64,000 nucleotides of DNA from Balanoglossus misakiensis (lineage: Eukaryota > Animalia > Hemichordata), in NCBI GenBank assembly GCA_040954595.2, contig CM082586.2, positions 3,640,349 through 3,704,348 of the forward strand, written 5' to 3'. Shown here piece after piece: positions 26,775 through 51,300 of the stretch. Position numbers and translations under genes: made by a program. Below the pieces are notes generated by a model. It was not told where the DNA came from. It did not search any database and saw nothing but the letters and a program-made list of their open reading frames with translations. How positions within the stretch are numbered: position 1 is the first letter of the stretch; each line of letters begins with the position of its first letter.

Positions 26775-26818
26775 TGTGGTAGGCCACAGAACAGAGTCAG
26801 ATTCTGTGGCCTACCACA
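26775..26818. repeat. Perfect 17-bp inverted repeat with 10-nt spacer
   Basis: TGTGGTAGGCCACAGAA-cagagtcaga-TTCTGTGGCCTACCACA. Confidence 0.9.
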
Positions 26819-28642
26819 GCCAAGCCACTCAGAAATAATGCAACAAAACTACTAAGTCTGAATCTGAATATCTGAACGGATAGAACATATACTGGCATAC
26901 ACAATACAATTTCATTTCATTTTTTTTATAAATAAATCTAGAAACATTTCATGGAAATAAATAAAATCAAGTTATTAATTTCACACAAGCACACAATAAA
27001 AATCATATTCTTGTTAAGATGAATAATGGACAATCATGGTAATTCACTTGGAGACTAAGATGCACGAAATTTTGGGTCTGAAGCACAAATGGTGTCAATG
27101 TTGGTTTCTAGCTATAGGAGACACGCAGAATGACATGAAGCTGTGCCATAGGCCCACAGATAGTTTTTTTAAGTTGAAGTTGACAGTAACTGGCCCTGTT
27201 TTGACACTCCACATAAGAAATTCAACATAGTTAGTCTACTTAGTAACTAAGTACTCACTCTTGTTAGAGTAAAATGTACAAGAGAAATAGTGTCTGTGTA
27301 CATGTAATGCTACTTCTTGGACACAGGGTTTACTACCCAAGACCCATGAGATCTGTGCTTGTTACCGTACTTTACATCTTACGGATTTTAGAGGAAAGAT
27401 TCCCTTCAAAAGAAAGCTATCACTATGTCAACATCCCAGCCCAGAAATTGATGTCTAACATGAACATCATTTAAGGAGCCATCTCAGCTAAACTGCCCCC
27501 ATGATCCATGTGGGTATGACCCACACACCGCGATAAATAATAGGAACATTCCATTACGAATGAACCCCAGAGACGGAATGACAGGGGATAACGTCTGACT
27601 TTCAGACAACATTTATAGATTATAACATTTAAGTCATTTCATTATAGTATATTAAAGCAACACTTCGTTAAATTTTGATTCGCTGAAAAATGCGAAACAA
27701 AGAATTCAGCTTGGATGGCTTCACAAACAGAAAGTCAGCTATACACTCACCTCCTGTATAAGCTAGATTTGTCTTGGAGAAGTAGAGGGTGGGGGTTTGC
27801 TCTGCATCAACCACCCATATTCCTCAACAGTGGTGACCGATTGAAACTTCCCAACTTCATGAAAGATCTCAAAAAACCAGACTTCCTTAGTATGGTTTTT
27901 GTCTGCTGAGATTTGGCAGCATTTTCACAAGCACACAAAGTTGCGGTCTTCAAAAACAATCCACAGCAAAAAACACAGGCCACTTCAATTCTTGCTCACC
28001 ACGCATGATATGATTTGCTGCAGCCTTGTCTCATTTTAAAATGTTTTTCAATTTCAACTTTCCTCTCGCGCGCTAAATGGCAATTCCAAGCACACAATGC
28101 ATGGAAATCTTTGGCAGAAAAATCAATGTGCTCTCTTATTTTTCTCTAAAAACACTTAGTAAAATTTTATATTTAAGTTTCTTGGTTCTCTTCAAGTTAA
28201 TCCTCTGTATCAGCTTGAAACAAAAAAGTCCCAAGTTTCCTCTCCTTTTTGTACCTGAAAATGAAAGTACAAGCTGACAACAAAGGTAGACCTCACAAAA
28301 GTTGTCTGTGGGGAAACTTCTGTATGTAAAGAGGCCCCAACAACACTGCCAACTGTTTCCAAATTACCAGGTTCATGTTTAGAAGTGCACCACTCCCTCC
28401 TGCCGGTTTTGGTAGTTTGCTGCTCTTCAAGGGCAAAGGTCATGACCTCTTTGGTTGAACCATGTCTGCAACGCATGCATCTATGTAGTGGTCTGATTGG
28501 TCAAGCTGTCCAACTATCCACTGAGCTGCTCCAATCAAAGACAAGATTCTGTTGAAGCGTGATGCAGGAGACATCGACTTCAGTCTACACTCTGATCTCT
28601 GTATCAATTTCTTCACTAGATGAAGGCTTCTTGAAAAACAAG

Positions 28643-38993
<10,351 letters not shown>

Positions 38994-39725
38994 TTTGTAA
39001 CGCGTGTCCGAAAAGAACCCGATGAAAGAAATAGTCTGGACCCGACCCCGAGAGGACTACGTCTGAAGACTTGGGTCCCTGTCGCCGTCCACTGACTTTT
39101 ACGTCACATACTCACAGAAAACAAAAGCGTATGTCTTAATCGATCGAGTTTTCTTTCAGCAACACAAGATCAATAACAATGGCGACTGCTCACTGTGCAG
39201 CAGCTACCGTCTGCTCTTGGGACATCGACAAGATGCGTACGTGCACGTAATAAATTACATCGTGTGAAACGAACAGTGCAACGCAGACGGAAAATAGCGT
39301 TACTGGAATATGCGCTTTGCCTGACGAAACGCTTTTTCAGGCAATGATAACACCAGGAGAATATAGAACATGAAAAGGTTAACAGCGCACGTACGCCAGG
39401 TCTTCTGCTGTACAACTTCAGTCCACTAAAATTTCATTACAAATATCATAACCTTTGACCTTAGACTGCGTCATTCGCCGCTGGGTGCAACTATTTTATG
39501 ACAGGGGGTCCCTTGTTAGGAATGCGTTCATGTTATACGAAAACTTGACTACATTTTTTGACATTCTTCATTCAGTGTCGCATTTTTACACAAACAATAA
39601 CGATTAAAAACCTATTATTGTTCCGTAAAAGTCCTTAATTTTGTCAATGCTGAAATCCTAACAAACAAGTCTATCTCACAGTATCGCTTTTTACAATGCC
39701 GTTAAGGGGCCCGTAAACAACCAAA
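38994..39725. promoter_or_regulatory. Bidirectional promoter region PHTF / TMEM60
   Basis: Divergent start codons 733 bp apart; CpG-rich; CRE half-site ACGTCA (~39101), YY1-like AATGGCG (~39178 and over the TMEM60 ATG). Confidence 0.7.
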
Positions 39726-40124
39726 ATGGCGCTGATGCGACGAGTGATGGTGACATGGTTCTTCTGGCTGGTTTTCCTCGTTTTATTAGCCGTCAAGCTC
39801 GATCAAAGCACAGATTGGAACTGGTTCATCATATTCATACCACTGTGGACATTTGACGTGATTTTGATCGTCGTTTTGTTGATCCGTCTGGTTACGCACA
39901 TCAAGAGAGGCTACGACCAAGGCGATATGTCCGTGGCTAAGAAGTCGTGGCTGCTCGTTGCTGTGTTTCTGAAGTTTACGTTTCAGATTCTGCTGTGTTG
40001 TAGACTGCAGTACTTTCCACAGCTCTCCTACTATTACGTCTTCATACCGTTCTGGATCGCCGTTTCTGGAGTTGCAATTGATATAATAAGGACGCTGATG
40101 TGTCCCTGTGATACAACCAACTGA
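39726..40124 (+). CDS. TMEM60: Transmembrane protein 60 (TMEM60/TMEM203/TMEM185 family), intronless CDS, 132 aa
   Basis: RVMVTWFFWLVFLVLLAVKLD...WNWFIIFIPLWTFD...GYD...KKSW.LVAVFLK..FQILLC.RL...LSYYYVFIPFW; four hydrophobic segments; Kozak AAAATGG. Confidence 0.93.
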   Translation: MALMRRVMVTWFFWLVFLVLLAVKLDQSTDWNWFIIFIPLWTFDVILIVVLLIRLVTHIKRGYDQGDMSVAKKSWLLVAVFLKFTFQILLCCRLQYFPQLSYYYVFIPFWIAVSGVAIDIIRTLMCPCDTTN

Positions 40125-42323
40125 ATGGGGAAACCCAACCCGGAAGAACCCGGTAGTATTTTGGATGGAGGCGACGTGTATCCACGTTGACGTGATACAT
40201 GCTACCTATGTGCAGTTGTTCAAGAACGGTTAAAGTTCCGACATTTCAAAGGGAACACGAAACACGCGTGCTGAAGTGAACTTGACCCAAGGAACTGAAA
40301 TGTGTACGTGCGGCCAATATTGCGACTTTGGTGTGCATCAGACGAAAGGCCAAGGGGATTGGTGGATATTTTCAGAGTTGAGATGTGAAGCTAACTATTA
40401 AACTGGTGTGAACTTCTGTGAATGTCACCTCATGGGTTAGACCAATACATAGCAAATCAGCAGAGCTGTGCAGTCATTGAAGTGGTTGTGAGGGAGTTTA
40501 CAGTTTGACTTGCGAATTGTTTGTGATGGATGATATGATTTTGTGACACGACCATGTGTACACAAATCATTGTGTAAGATATTGTACATATATGATTTCA
40601 TTGATTAAAAGTGACACCCTGCTTACAACGACAACAACACCTCTCATGTATTGATAAGAACTATCCATTTGAGTGTCTTGAATTAGACTTTTACTTACTA
40701 TTTTTTGTACATCCAACTTCTTTTGCTGTCATTGCAGCACGCGTAGACCATGTCCGTGATATGCAGCGCCCTCACGAGCGTAAATACAATATGCTTTTGT
40801 TTTTCTTTTATTTGCGATTGTGTGCGTCGACACACCTATACTGACAACGTAAACGTGGAACCGACTTGGCTATATTATCTATCACCCTTATCATTAGGCC
40901 TATGGTCTTTGATTAAGATCGGCCGCAAATTAACTTTATGCCTGAACCTCTCTTAAAGTTCACAACAGTGTAACGATAAGCAATTATCTTTTGACTTTCA
41001 TCAACTCTGCACAGTATCACAAAATTTGTGCGCCTGTGAGCTGATTGGATACGTGGTTGAATGAATGTATTTCCAGGGGGAAATGGAACACTGCCAATAG
41101 TAACCGAGGATCCCGACTTTTTTATATTTTTCCATTATGTTTGTCATGGTGAATATTTCACGATATTTTGTACACTTAAATGTGTACCTCAAGGAGCAAG
41201 CTGCTATTAAAACGATTGAATAGGAATTTCAAACGCTTAAGGGTACATACTGAATTGAATAGAAAGCTGTTTTTCATGTAAACTTTATAATTTAACGCCA
41301 TTTTGAAGAAGATTTAGGCGACATGACATTCTCTATAACGGTGTCGAATTTTCACAACTCCTCACTATTCATAAAAATACAGCGGAATTCAGATTAATTT
41401 ATTAAAAAATCTATTCATTCATCGAGTTTTGTCAAGTTCTGTTTTACCCCAGAGGGTTTCGCCCTTTCCCATTTTCAACAAAGCCTGAGTTAATACTTTA
41501 CCCTGCCTGTTGGCGTGTAATTAGGAAATGCTCGGGCAGATTAGAACAAACAGAACACGGAGACTGAGCCACCTGTGGCATTGTGTGTCGATTTTTTTTA
41601 TCGCAACGATGCGGAGTCTCACTGGAGAGAAGATTTGTCGGCAGCATCTCGTTGTGACTCTGACAACAGAGTCACCGGGAAGGACAGCACAAAACAGAAC
41701 AGCCTGCAAGATCTTGTACAAGTTGATGCAACAGTTTGTCCAGGAAGAAGGGCTGCCTATACAATGTAGATTTGTTGTTATGAATTTACAGAAACACCTA
41801 AGCTGATACCCTTCTGGGAATTACCTAATTGTTGTTAATGACTTGCTTAGAGAAAAGTGCGAATTACGCAATGATGATGTCAACGCCATCAAATCTGTCC
41901 AGATGCGGAAACAGTCACAAAAGTTGATGAATCCACGAGGATGTCGATTGATGGCGTCACGACTCTTAAGGTGATAATCGTAGGATATGATGAAGGTTGG
42001 GACCCCAGAGCGTGATTGACAGTGGAATTAGAGATCGATCTTCTCCACAATGCCAACGCACACGTCATCAATCAACACCATCAACTTTCTGAATGTTGGA
42101 CTGACATGTTTTTCCACCTGGAGAGACTTGATGGCTTTAACCCCATTGCCTAATTCCCAATTTTCTCTAACCAAACCATTAACATCAACTGACGATTCAG
42201 AGGGCTAGGGAAATTTGTCAAAACAAGTGAAACATTGTAAGACTCGAATGATTCTTTAGCCAAGGACTAAAACTATGGGTCTTTTTAGATGCGTGTTGGG
42301 GTTATTAAGTCATCCACGCGCGC

Positions 42324-45300
42324 TCATATCTCCGTATAGTCCCCAATCTCTATGGTGACATCACCTTCGACATACTCATGTTCCATATACTTGACACTGA
42401 GAGGTAAATGAAATCACAATCTTTCAAAGAAAATGTTTTGAAAACTGAAGTATCTGCGGTCGATTGATTTCTCGTTAAGGGTAAACTTCATTTCATTTTC
42501 AAGGTCATTAACAATTCACAGTTCACTTATCCAGCTGGCTTCAATGGAGATGGTGCGAACACTGAAGCACGTGGCACACGACTGAGTGTGCGCGTGCGCG
42601 GCAGGGATTTACAGTGGCACCATGGTGATTACATCTTTCGATAAATATACGGTGGGGCGTGTCGAAATGAGTTTCAAACGTTACTTTGTAGCCTACAGCC
42701 TTTCCTTTTTTAGGATTATTGTAACTAAATCTGTACACGTAAAATTGAGGGAAGGGATAATCCGGTCAGATTATATAAAGAAAATGGCCGCAAGAATTCC
42801 TCTGCAAATAAAACGCGGACCCAGAGATCTCAAATAAAAGAGCATTTCTCCAAGATCACTTATTTCACCGTACTTCTCGGGTAATTCACGCTGCTATTTT
42901 AATTAAATCTTCTGCGTGGTGATCACGACCAGAGGCGCTGTTCCTCCATTAGCTCACCCATCTAGCGATAATAGTGTTTGCTGTCGCCTTCAGCTTGACG
43001 CGACCATCTGCGACCGAAACGTGCTATTTCCCCTATCCCCTGGGGCTATCGTCTTTCCATCTGACGGTGCGTACTGGCAAATCAACACAGGCGTTTGTTT
43101 GTCTGTTGTGGTGCATGCATTGAAACTGTATATTTCGACCTTCTCCCCTAATCCTTGTTATCAGTCTACTCGGTCAGAGCAATACACTTAACGCCGATGC
43201 TGGCCCGAGGACTTGATCTGTTCGGGAGACGGGAAGGGAATATGCTTTTAATAAGTCGTGGACATTTTATTCCAACAGGTTTTGTTGTTCATCTTAATAC
43301 AGTAGCTACCTGCTTGGAACAATACCCCAAGCACGTTGGATTTTCCCCATATAAATCTTACACCATTGGAAACATTAGCCATAGATGTATAATCGAAGAC
43401 ACGGTTGATAACGATCTCTATCAGTCATCACCCTTTATTACAATCTTCTGGTCTTCAATGACAGAATAAGAGAAGAATTAACACATAAGACCGAATAAAA
43501 TACTTTCTCGTAGTTACCCCTTTCTGTTATTAACATTATACATATCTGACATCACAAAAATATACACAAATAGTTTTCATAAGTGTTGAATTATCGCTCC
43601 AGTCACAGTAAAGTGTTTCCTTTCAAAACGCATTCTGGGAATCACGATAATCTCAAAGGGCCATCTCTACACACCCTTTGCAAAACCGCACCTATAAGCT
43701 CTCGCTAAAATACAACTAAGGGGTGAATAATGTGAACTACGAACGGTGCATAAATTACCAAATTTGTTACATTGCTGAAATCTATCATCGACACGAAAGC
43801 AGTGTTCTCGAACCTTGCTGTACACTCCTACAACTGATATGTTCAAAAGTACCTCAAGAAAGTGATGAAAATGCAATTCTTTGTCGTGATGTACATGGTT
43901 AGAGTTACTCTTTGTAGCCATTTAACTTGTGAATAAAAAAAATCAAACTAAGAAAGTCGCACATGCGCATTCTGACGCTGGTCGACCATCTCCCATGTGG
44001 TGCGTGGGCTTCGAATGAGTTTGTGCGCGTGCGCGGATTCAAGAGGAATAATTGCTTGTCCATGAAAAACAGAATGGACAAGTAAAATATTTTAAATGCG
44101 TGTGTGTCAGCGCTAGAAATACAAAATGGTGTGTGCAATTTGCCAAATATATGTGATTACATATCAAGAGAAATGATATGGTGACAATAAAATTAATCCA
44201 TAAATGCAGTCGGCAGTCTCGTTGACCTTCTAACGTTTACCGAGCGCCCTGAAAAGGTCATCATTTGCCGCCTTTTGATTTTGCAGTTGCTTGGCAAGTC
44301 GGGCTTTGAGTGTCATCATCGGTAGATTCAGCGAGTTGCCACCGAACGCCCTTTTCTCAGCACTATCCAAGAGAGAAAAAGTTAGAAGTAGGGATGTTGT
44401 AGTTAGTCACGGTCACTTAACCAATAAAAGACTAGAATTTACATAGTGAATAAATTTAAATGGCAGAAGTTGTCAGAATGCTAAATAAACGTTACTGAAT
44501 GTTAATATCTATCTGACTGACTGACAGAGAGAGAGAGAGAGAGAGACAAACACACACGCACACACAGAGACTGACTGACTGACTGACTTATTGACTGACT
44601 GACTCACTGATAAATCTCACCTCAGAGCTTCCAGAAGACTTGGGTCGTACTCTGTCATTGAAGCCTCCGCAAACAACTTCTTGTTGTCGGCCATCTGTTT
44701 TTTGATCCATTCTGCCTTCTCATTGCGTAACCTTTGACCCAAGGAATAAATTGGCATATCTAGCATAGCGAGGGACTCGTCCTGGACGTTCCTGTGTAGA
44801 CAAGGAAAGTCATGGGAACCTTAATACTACAATACAGAGATTCTAAGTCTAAAAGAATATCACAAATTAAAAAAGGGACATATTCAACAACGCGATAAAT
44901 TACGAAGTGGTAAGCGATCGTGGTAATTAGTCCCCGCTTCGTCGCCATGGTCTTGTTTCAATTGTAACCATAGCTACCAGCTTAGTACACAACGCGTAGA
45001 CACTAATGACCGCGAAATTAATTTCTCTGGCAAATAACACTCTCTATCGTCAGCTGAGAACTGATATAATTGGGTGTGTGAGTGATGCCCGTGTTCAATC
45101 TAATATCACGTAGATTGGGCACCGAAGCGTTTAATATTTCAAATGTAAAACGCTCGCATTTCCGTGCGTTTAATTTGCAGTACAGGAATATTCAAGTATC
45201 CTTCTCGCTTTGCCCCCCCCCCTAGACAACTAGACCACTCTCGTCATAGGCCCTACAATGACAAACAATGACGTCGCAATCGACGGTTGAACTTTAGCAA

Positions 45301-48300
45301 AGTGTGACAAAACACAACCGCATGTCGAAGAGGATCCGTCATATGACCTTAATATTCAGCTCTATGTTTTCATAGGGGACACGTTTGTTGTTTTCACGGT
45401 CTATTTTACAGGATAATCTCAACAACCACAGAGTACACAAGGGGCTTAGAAGGATCTGCGCTACCAGTGCTCCCCCAGGACAGTGACTCCCCGAAGTCAC
45501 AGTCAATCAAATTTTCATTTTACGGCACTCGACGACTAACAACACACAAGCTGTAATGATGTATCACCATACGTTTACCTCGACATCAATGACACGTCCA
45601 GTTTGTTATTTTGGTCGCTATGCTCATTCAGAGAGTCTATGATGGAATTGGTAAATCTTATCACAATGTCAAGTATCAGCCTACCAGTGGTAGCTTAGTA
45701 ACACACAGTTGGAATACGTTCAGAGGAAGACTTTCGAAGCCATTGATTGAATATGACCAATCATGTCCAATGATCATTATATTTCAACATATGCGAATTC
45801 CACGAAACAGTAGATGAAAAAAATGACACTTTCGGTCAGCAAACATACTGAATTATTCATTTGAGTTCTGCCCCAACCAGCGTGTGAGTTTATGAAACAT
45901 AATATTGACGGATTTTCTTCACTCATGAGATTACGACCGCTTAGGGTTTCCGACGCCTGTTGACACCTTCAAATGCGCCTGCGCGGTAAGCTTGTGCCAT
46001 CTGTCAAGCGTATAACACATAACTGGGGATATTTAGCTGACTGAGTGGCTGGTATATCCCGTGAATAAGCGTTTCCTGCCTTACATGTGTGACACTCATA
46101 TTCCTTAGCAGAACTAATAAGACATATAGGGCCTACATGTGAAGTATTTGTCAATGGGTCTTTTGTAATATGCTTCAAATTGCTAGAAAAAAAACATTTC
46201 AAAGCCTTTTGCATAACCCCACTGTTTAAAAATACACCGTATGATATCGAACTCGTATCGCAAAAAGTAATAATGGATGCACAGAAAAAAATGACAGATT
46301 GCAATGAAATGATAAATCGCTTGTGTCTAATTATAAAATCCAGACTAATATTTATGAATACATTATAGTGATAGACGAATATTTATGCAACCAGGGTTAA
46401 TTAAAATCGTGCACATTAGTCACGCCATAGCTGCTCAAACATGTGTATTAATTTACGCTGAATTCAAGGTGTCAAAAGAAGGCTTCAGGACCATCCGTTA
46501 TTGGTTATAACCGTTTAGATCAGTCGTAGAGAGCATCGTGCTAATATCGGCAAAGTCGTAAGTTCAAGCCCAGGTCAATATTTTTAGTAGACAGCGAGAC
46601 GCCAATAAAATGAAATATTACTGTTGCGTGATCAAACGTTTAAAAGTGCGTGTAGCTAAATTTTCATGTTTCTTCTTTATGCAAATTAGGAAATTTACGG
46701 TCTTCCAAACAAAATGTCTGCCACACGATATATGTCTGCTCGTTAAATTCTGCACCAGCTAATACCGTATGATACTTATACCGTGACTTCACCAATGGTT
46801 TATCAGATGGTGCACATTTGTCCAAACGGGGGTTTTCCGTGTTACAAGGGACCAAATCTCAGAATACTCAGTGTAATGCACTCGAAGAAAAAGTTGAATG
46901 CCATGGTCGGCATACGGTCAACTCATGGTTGTTTTGTCTATATTTACGTGTCAATTTACATTTTATCACTCGTTCCCAAGTCAACCTATCCGATTTTCAC
47001 CGAGTGTTATCACTCTCCTGAAATTCATGTAACGACCTACAATTTGTTTGCAATCGGCTTGATTTACATTTTCAGTAGTCTCCATCCGCCATCTTGAATA
47101 ATTTATCAACCACGTGCTCGTTTATTACCAGCTAGATGGTGAAAGCCTGTTTTGGATGGCAACAGTGTCACCTTGCTTGTGCACATCACTTGGAAAATAG
47201 GTTAACAATTTTAAAATTGTGTGGGTAAATACAAATGGTTTTAAATGGAGAATCAAAACCACAGTATGCTTGACGTTGTTGTTTTTTCGTTGGATACCGA
47301 ACCTATACAACTGGACACGGTCGTTTGACCTGATAGCATCTATGTTCAATGCAGAAACGGAGAGCGATTGGTTTAATTGCAATGGAATCAGGGACACCGA
47401 CCATACTAGAAAACCATCGATTTTGCCTATAGTCGTAAAAAGAGAATGGTATCCATTTCCCTTGAAGATTTATCCGCACGACAGCGTAATACGACACCAA
47501 TTTTATAATACCCGCATCTTATCCTAATTTCCTTTTTATGCAAATTCTAGCGATGCCGATTCTTTCAGGCGTTTTTCCCTGTCCTCTGCTAGACATATAG
47601 TACGAAAAGACACCTTTACGCTCAGTGAACATATACTAATTCATCTAAACTGAAGCACTTTGCAGTTTATTAACATTTAATGGAAAATAGTCTTCTGTAG
47701 ATGCGGCTTGTTCACAGCGCATGGAAGTTTTGATATATGAAATTCATATTTCCCACAAGTGCATAACTCTTGCAAATGCTAATCATTATCATAAATATTG
47801 AAGACCGAATATTGTTTGCTTGCATTGATTTACGGTTGTGGTTCGATCAGCATTCTCTACGAATCTCTACGCCAATCAGAGCGAGCGTTTCATATTATCT
47901 TGGTAAACTCGGAAATCCAATATGGCGCCGGTTAGCTGTGCGACGCTCAGTTGGGAACACAAAACAGAAGAATTATTGGTGCTCTTCCTTTTTCATGAAA
48001 ACTGATGTGATGTGAGATTCACCAGATAACGCGTTTGTTCCAGGTCTCATAGTTCCAAGGCCCCACACTTGTATTCACTACACGAGTAATCGATGTGGCT
48101 CCTCAAATGACGGCTGTGCACATCTCAGCATCACTGCGGGCCCAAACAGATTAGGCTATGCCTACAAGATTCCTTCTCATAGAATTCTCGTGTTGATATC
48201 ATATCTTCATCCCTTCCGCAGAGATTTCTATCCTGACCCTGCGCATTTGAAAATTAGCAATAGATATGTACGACAAAATACAACAGGGACTTTGTAGGTG

Positions 48301-51300
48301 TGTTGTTATTACAATATTAGATATATCTACCTCGTGTTCGACAATGAATTATCTGCCCAACGGGCGCGTTTGCTGTGACCCCTAACACAAAACCACGCAT
48401 GTTTATCAACCACAATCTCAGGATCTGTGGATAATGACAAAACCAAATCGCACATAAACCCCAGGCGAATCTATAATGGCGGTCTCCATGCCCTCTAAAA
48501 ATCCCCGTGCAAGAGAAATTCTGTGACAATACATGTTGAGACACCAAAGGGGATCAGGACCAGCTAAAGGGTCGCGCGGGTCACCCTAATCCACAAGTAA
48601 TCGCGCTATGTCGACTTTAATCATCATATTATTATCTCAACAATTGATGAATGCCTGGTTAGAGTTCAATGTTTGTCAGTTATTAACCAAAACAACCGTA
48701 ATATCCAGAAACCCTTCGGCCTATTTCCTCGCGAACTGATCAAACCCGACAGACCTCGGCTCTGAAGTTTATTGCCAGGATTCATTGCACGATAGTATAC
48801 GGTCTGTGTTAGATAGTTAGCCCCCTTATCTTACAGTAAGCTAAAAATGCTGAACCGAAGAATTATGGTGTGATATAAATGTTTCTGTCGTTTTATCTTG
48901 TTCGTGTGCACGGTTGCTTAACGTGGATCGAATTTGAAGGCGACTCGCCCCCACGACATTATTACCGGCAACGTTTACCTTGTTTACGATCTCTATTCCC
49001 CTGACATAAAAATTTCCACAGACCATCAAATAATGACTGTAAATATTACCTTTATGTTCTCTGTGGGTATTTATCTGTAAACATCAATTTAAAAAAAAGA
49101 CGTAATACTGAAATTTCGTGGATTATTTTTTTCTTCCGTCGTAAATATCTGAAACCGCTTGCGCAGTCGTTAATATTATCTTCCATATGTTCATATTTTT
49201 ACGTCCTTTGTGACCGAACTATATTTTGCAGAGGCCGTTTATAAAATCCAGGCGTGACCCGGAAAATTGCAATAGCAAGATATCAACATATAACTAGGTA
49301 TATGGCCAGTGATTACCTGTGGACAAGCCCCTGTCAGCTTATCTTCTTTTGATATTATTTTACACCCTAGGCTTAAACCCATAAGTTTGTTAAGTCAATT
49401 GACTCAGACAGGAATCATATATTTCATAATTGAGGATTGAAGTATCCTAAAACAAAACCGCCCACGCCGCTCGGTATCTTGTCTACCTAGCGAGGAATCT
49501 TAAATATCAAAGGTCCCAAATCGTCAAATTTGGATCCGGGTTGACAATAACGGACATGCAATCATTTAAACTTTGCAAACCAAGACTGCTCACAACATAC
49601 TCACAAAATAACTGCTACCAATATGCAGCTGTCCAAATATAGTTTTCCGCGTGTTTATATCAAGAGATGACTATAGCTGTTCACAAGTCAGCGATGCGTG
49701 TAACCCTACTACGCTAATTGGCAGTATCATCAGAAAACGAACAGCATTTTTTTCTCGCCTGATGTAGATTAACTATGATCATAAATCGAGAGCAGGATTA
49801 TGGTACAACTCAGACTACAAACAGCTGGCGCCATTCTCGCTGCGATTTATCAAAATACAAGAACTCGAGAAAAACAACAAGCATTTTTACACCTGCCTTC
49901 CACTCTTCCGTAATATCTGCTGGGCATTTAACGACATGTTGTGTGCGGGATGTTATCTATAGCCCAGCAAGTACGATCTTTATCATTTCGTCCCTGTAAA
50001 GGATTAACTTCATCCGACCATGAATTGCTTTTGATTAACTTCAGGAAACACTCGAAACAGGAAGAAAATAACTGTTCAACAAATGCGTAGCGGAAGACTA
50101 GGAGGGGCTAACATTAATCTGAAGTGAAACGACATCCTTTTTAAATGAATCAAACTTTATCATCGAATACTATAATATAATCTATGTTACATTAGCAATA
50201 CGACAGACTAATGGATGCGTATTTACATTACAGACATTGCCTTAAATTATATATCGCTTCACTTACTGTGTGCTGCGATTATTTATATCCATGTACTCTG
50301 AATGACTAAAAGCAAACAACAAACAGTTTAATCCTATCACGTGCACGGTCAGATGGTAAGGTATATGCACATCTTGTTTCAATGCGCACATACCGTACAT
50401 GCATGTGATACCGTTTCCCAAAATACCAGTTAAATAGGTCACTTAAATTTCATTATAACACCCGGTTACTATATGAATACCAGAAGAAAATATCCATGTA
50501 GGCTACACATCTGTATGCGAATACACTCAAGTGGAATTAAATGCATAGACAATATTGTACAACACACCAGAATAGCATGATATTTTACCCCAAAGGAAGG
50601 ATTCGCATGTTATTCACAGAGATTAATCGAGTGCTCTTCTATTCTTGCCGACTCTGATTCGACTTTCAACACAAACTGTGACCTGTAGCGTTGCATAGCC
50701 TATTCCGAAACTAGAAATTTCTTGGAACTCGCGCACGCAGGAAACATTACACGCTGGGAATACGCTACAGACTGAATAGAATGATCTGGCCAATTTGTGT
50801 GATACGCGGAGACAATGTGCCGATCGTTTAATCAGATACTGGATCCTGATCTAAGCTAACCCCGTGTCGGAACACTAATTGGCCGTTGAGTGCCTCTCTA
50901 TCAATCCGAAATCTAGCGAGGTTTCAATCAAAATTGGTGATACTTTACGAGTCTTAAATCTATTTATCCGGTTTGGTTGTTAAGGAACGTGTTTCTGGCG
51001 ACGCTCTTCCTTACACGTGATTCTAGAGCGCGAACTGTCTCTCAGTGTTGTCATCGATCTTTCCGCCAGTCGCATCAGATGGTCCGCTGCGATGTTTACC
51101 CTTCAGGCAGACTTTTCGGATTAAAATCACCACGCGTTTGTGTTACTGTCATTGCTTTTGAACCGATTATGACGGTTTTATCGGTAGCTCGCGACAGAAA
51201 TAAAACAGAAACGTCATTATTGGCCTTCATGTCCTTTTACTTTAGTTCTTGGCCTTAGCTAAGAATGCGAAGGACGATGTAAGCCACAAGAACATGTGAA

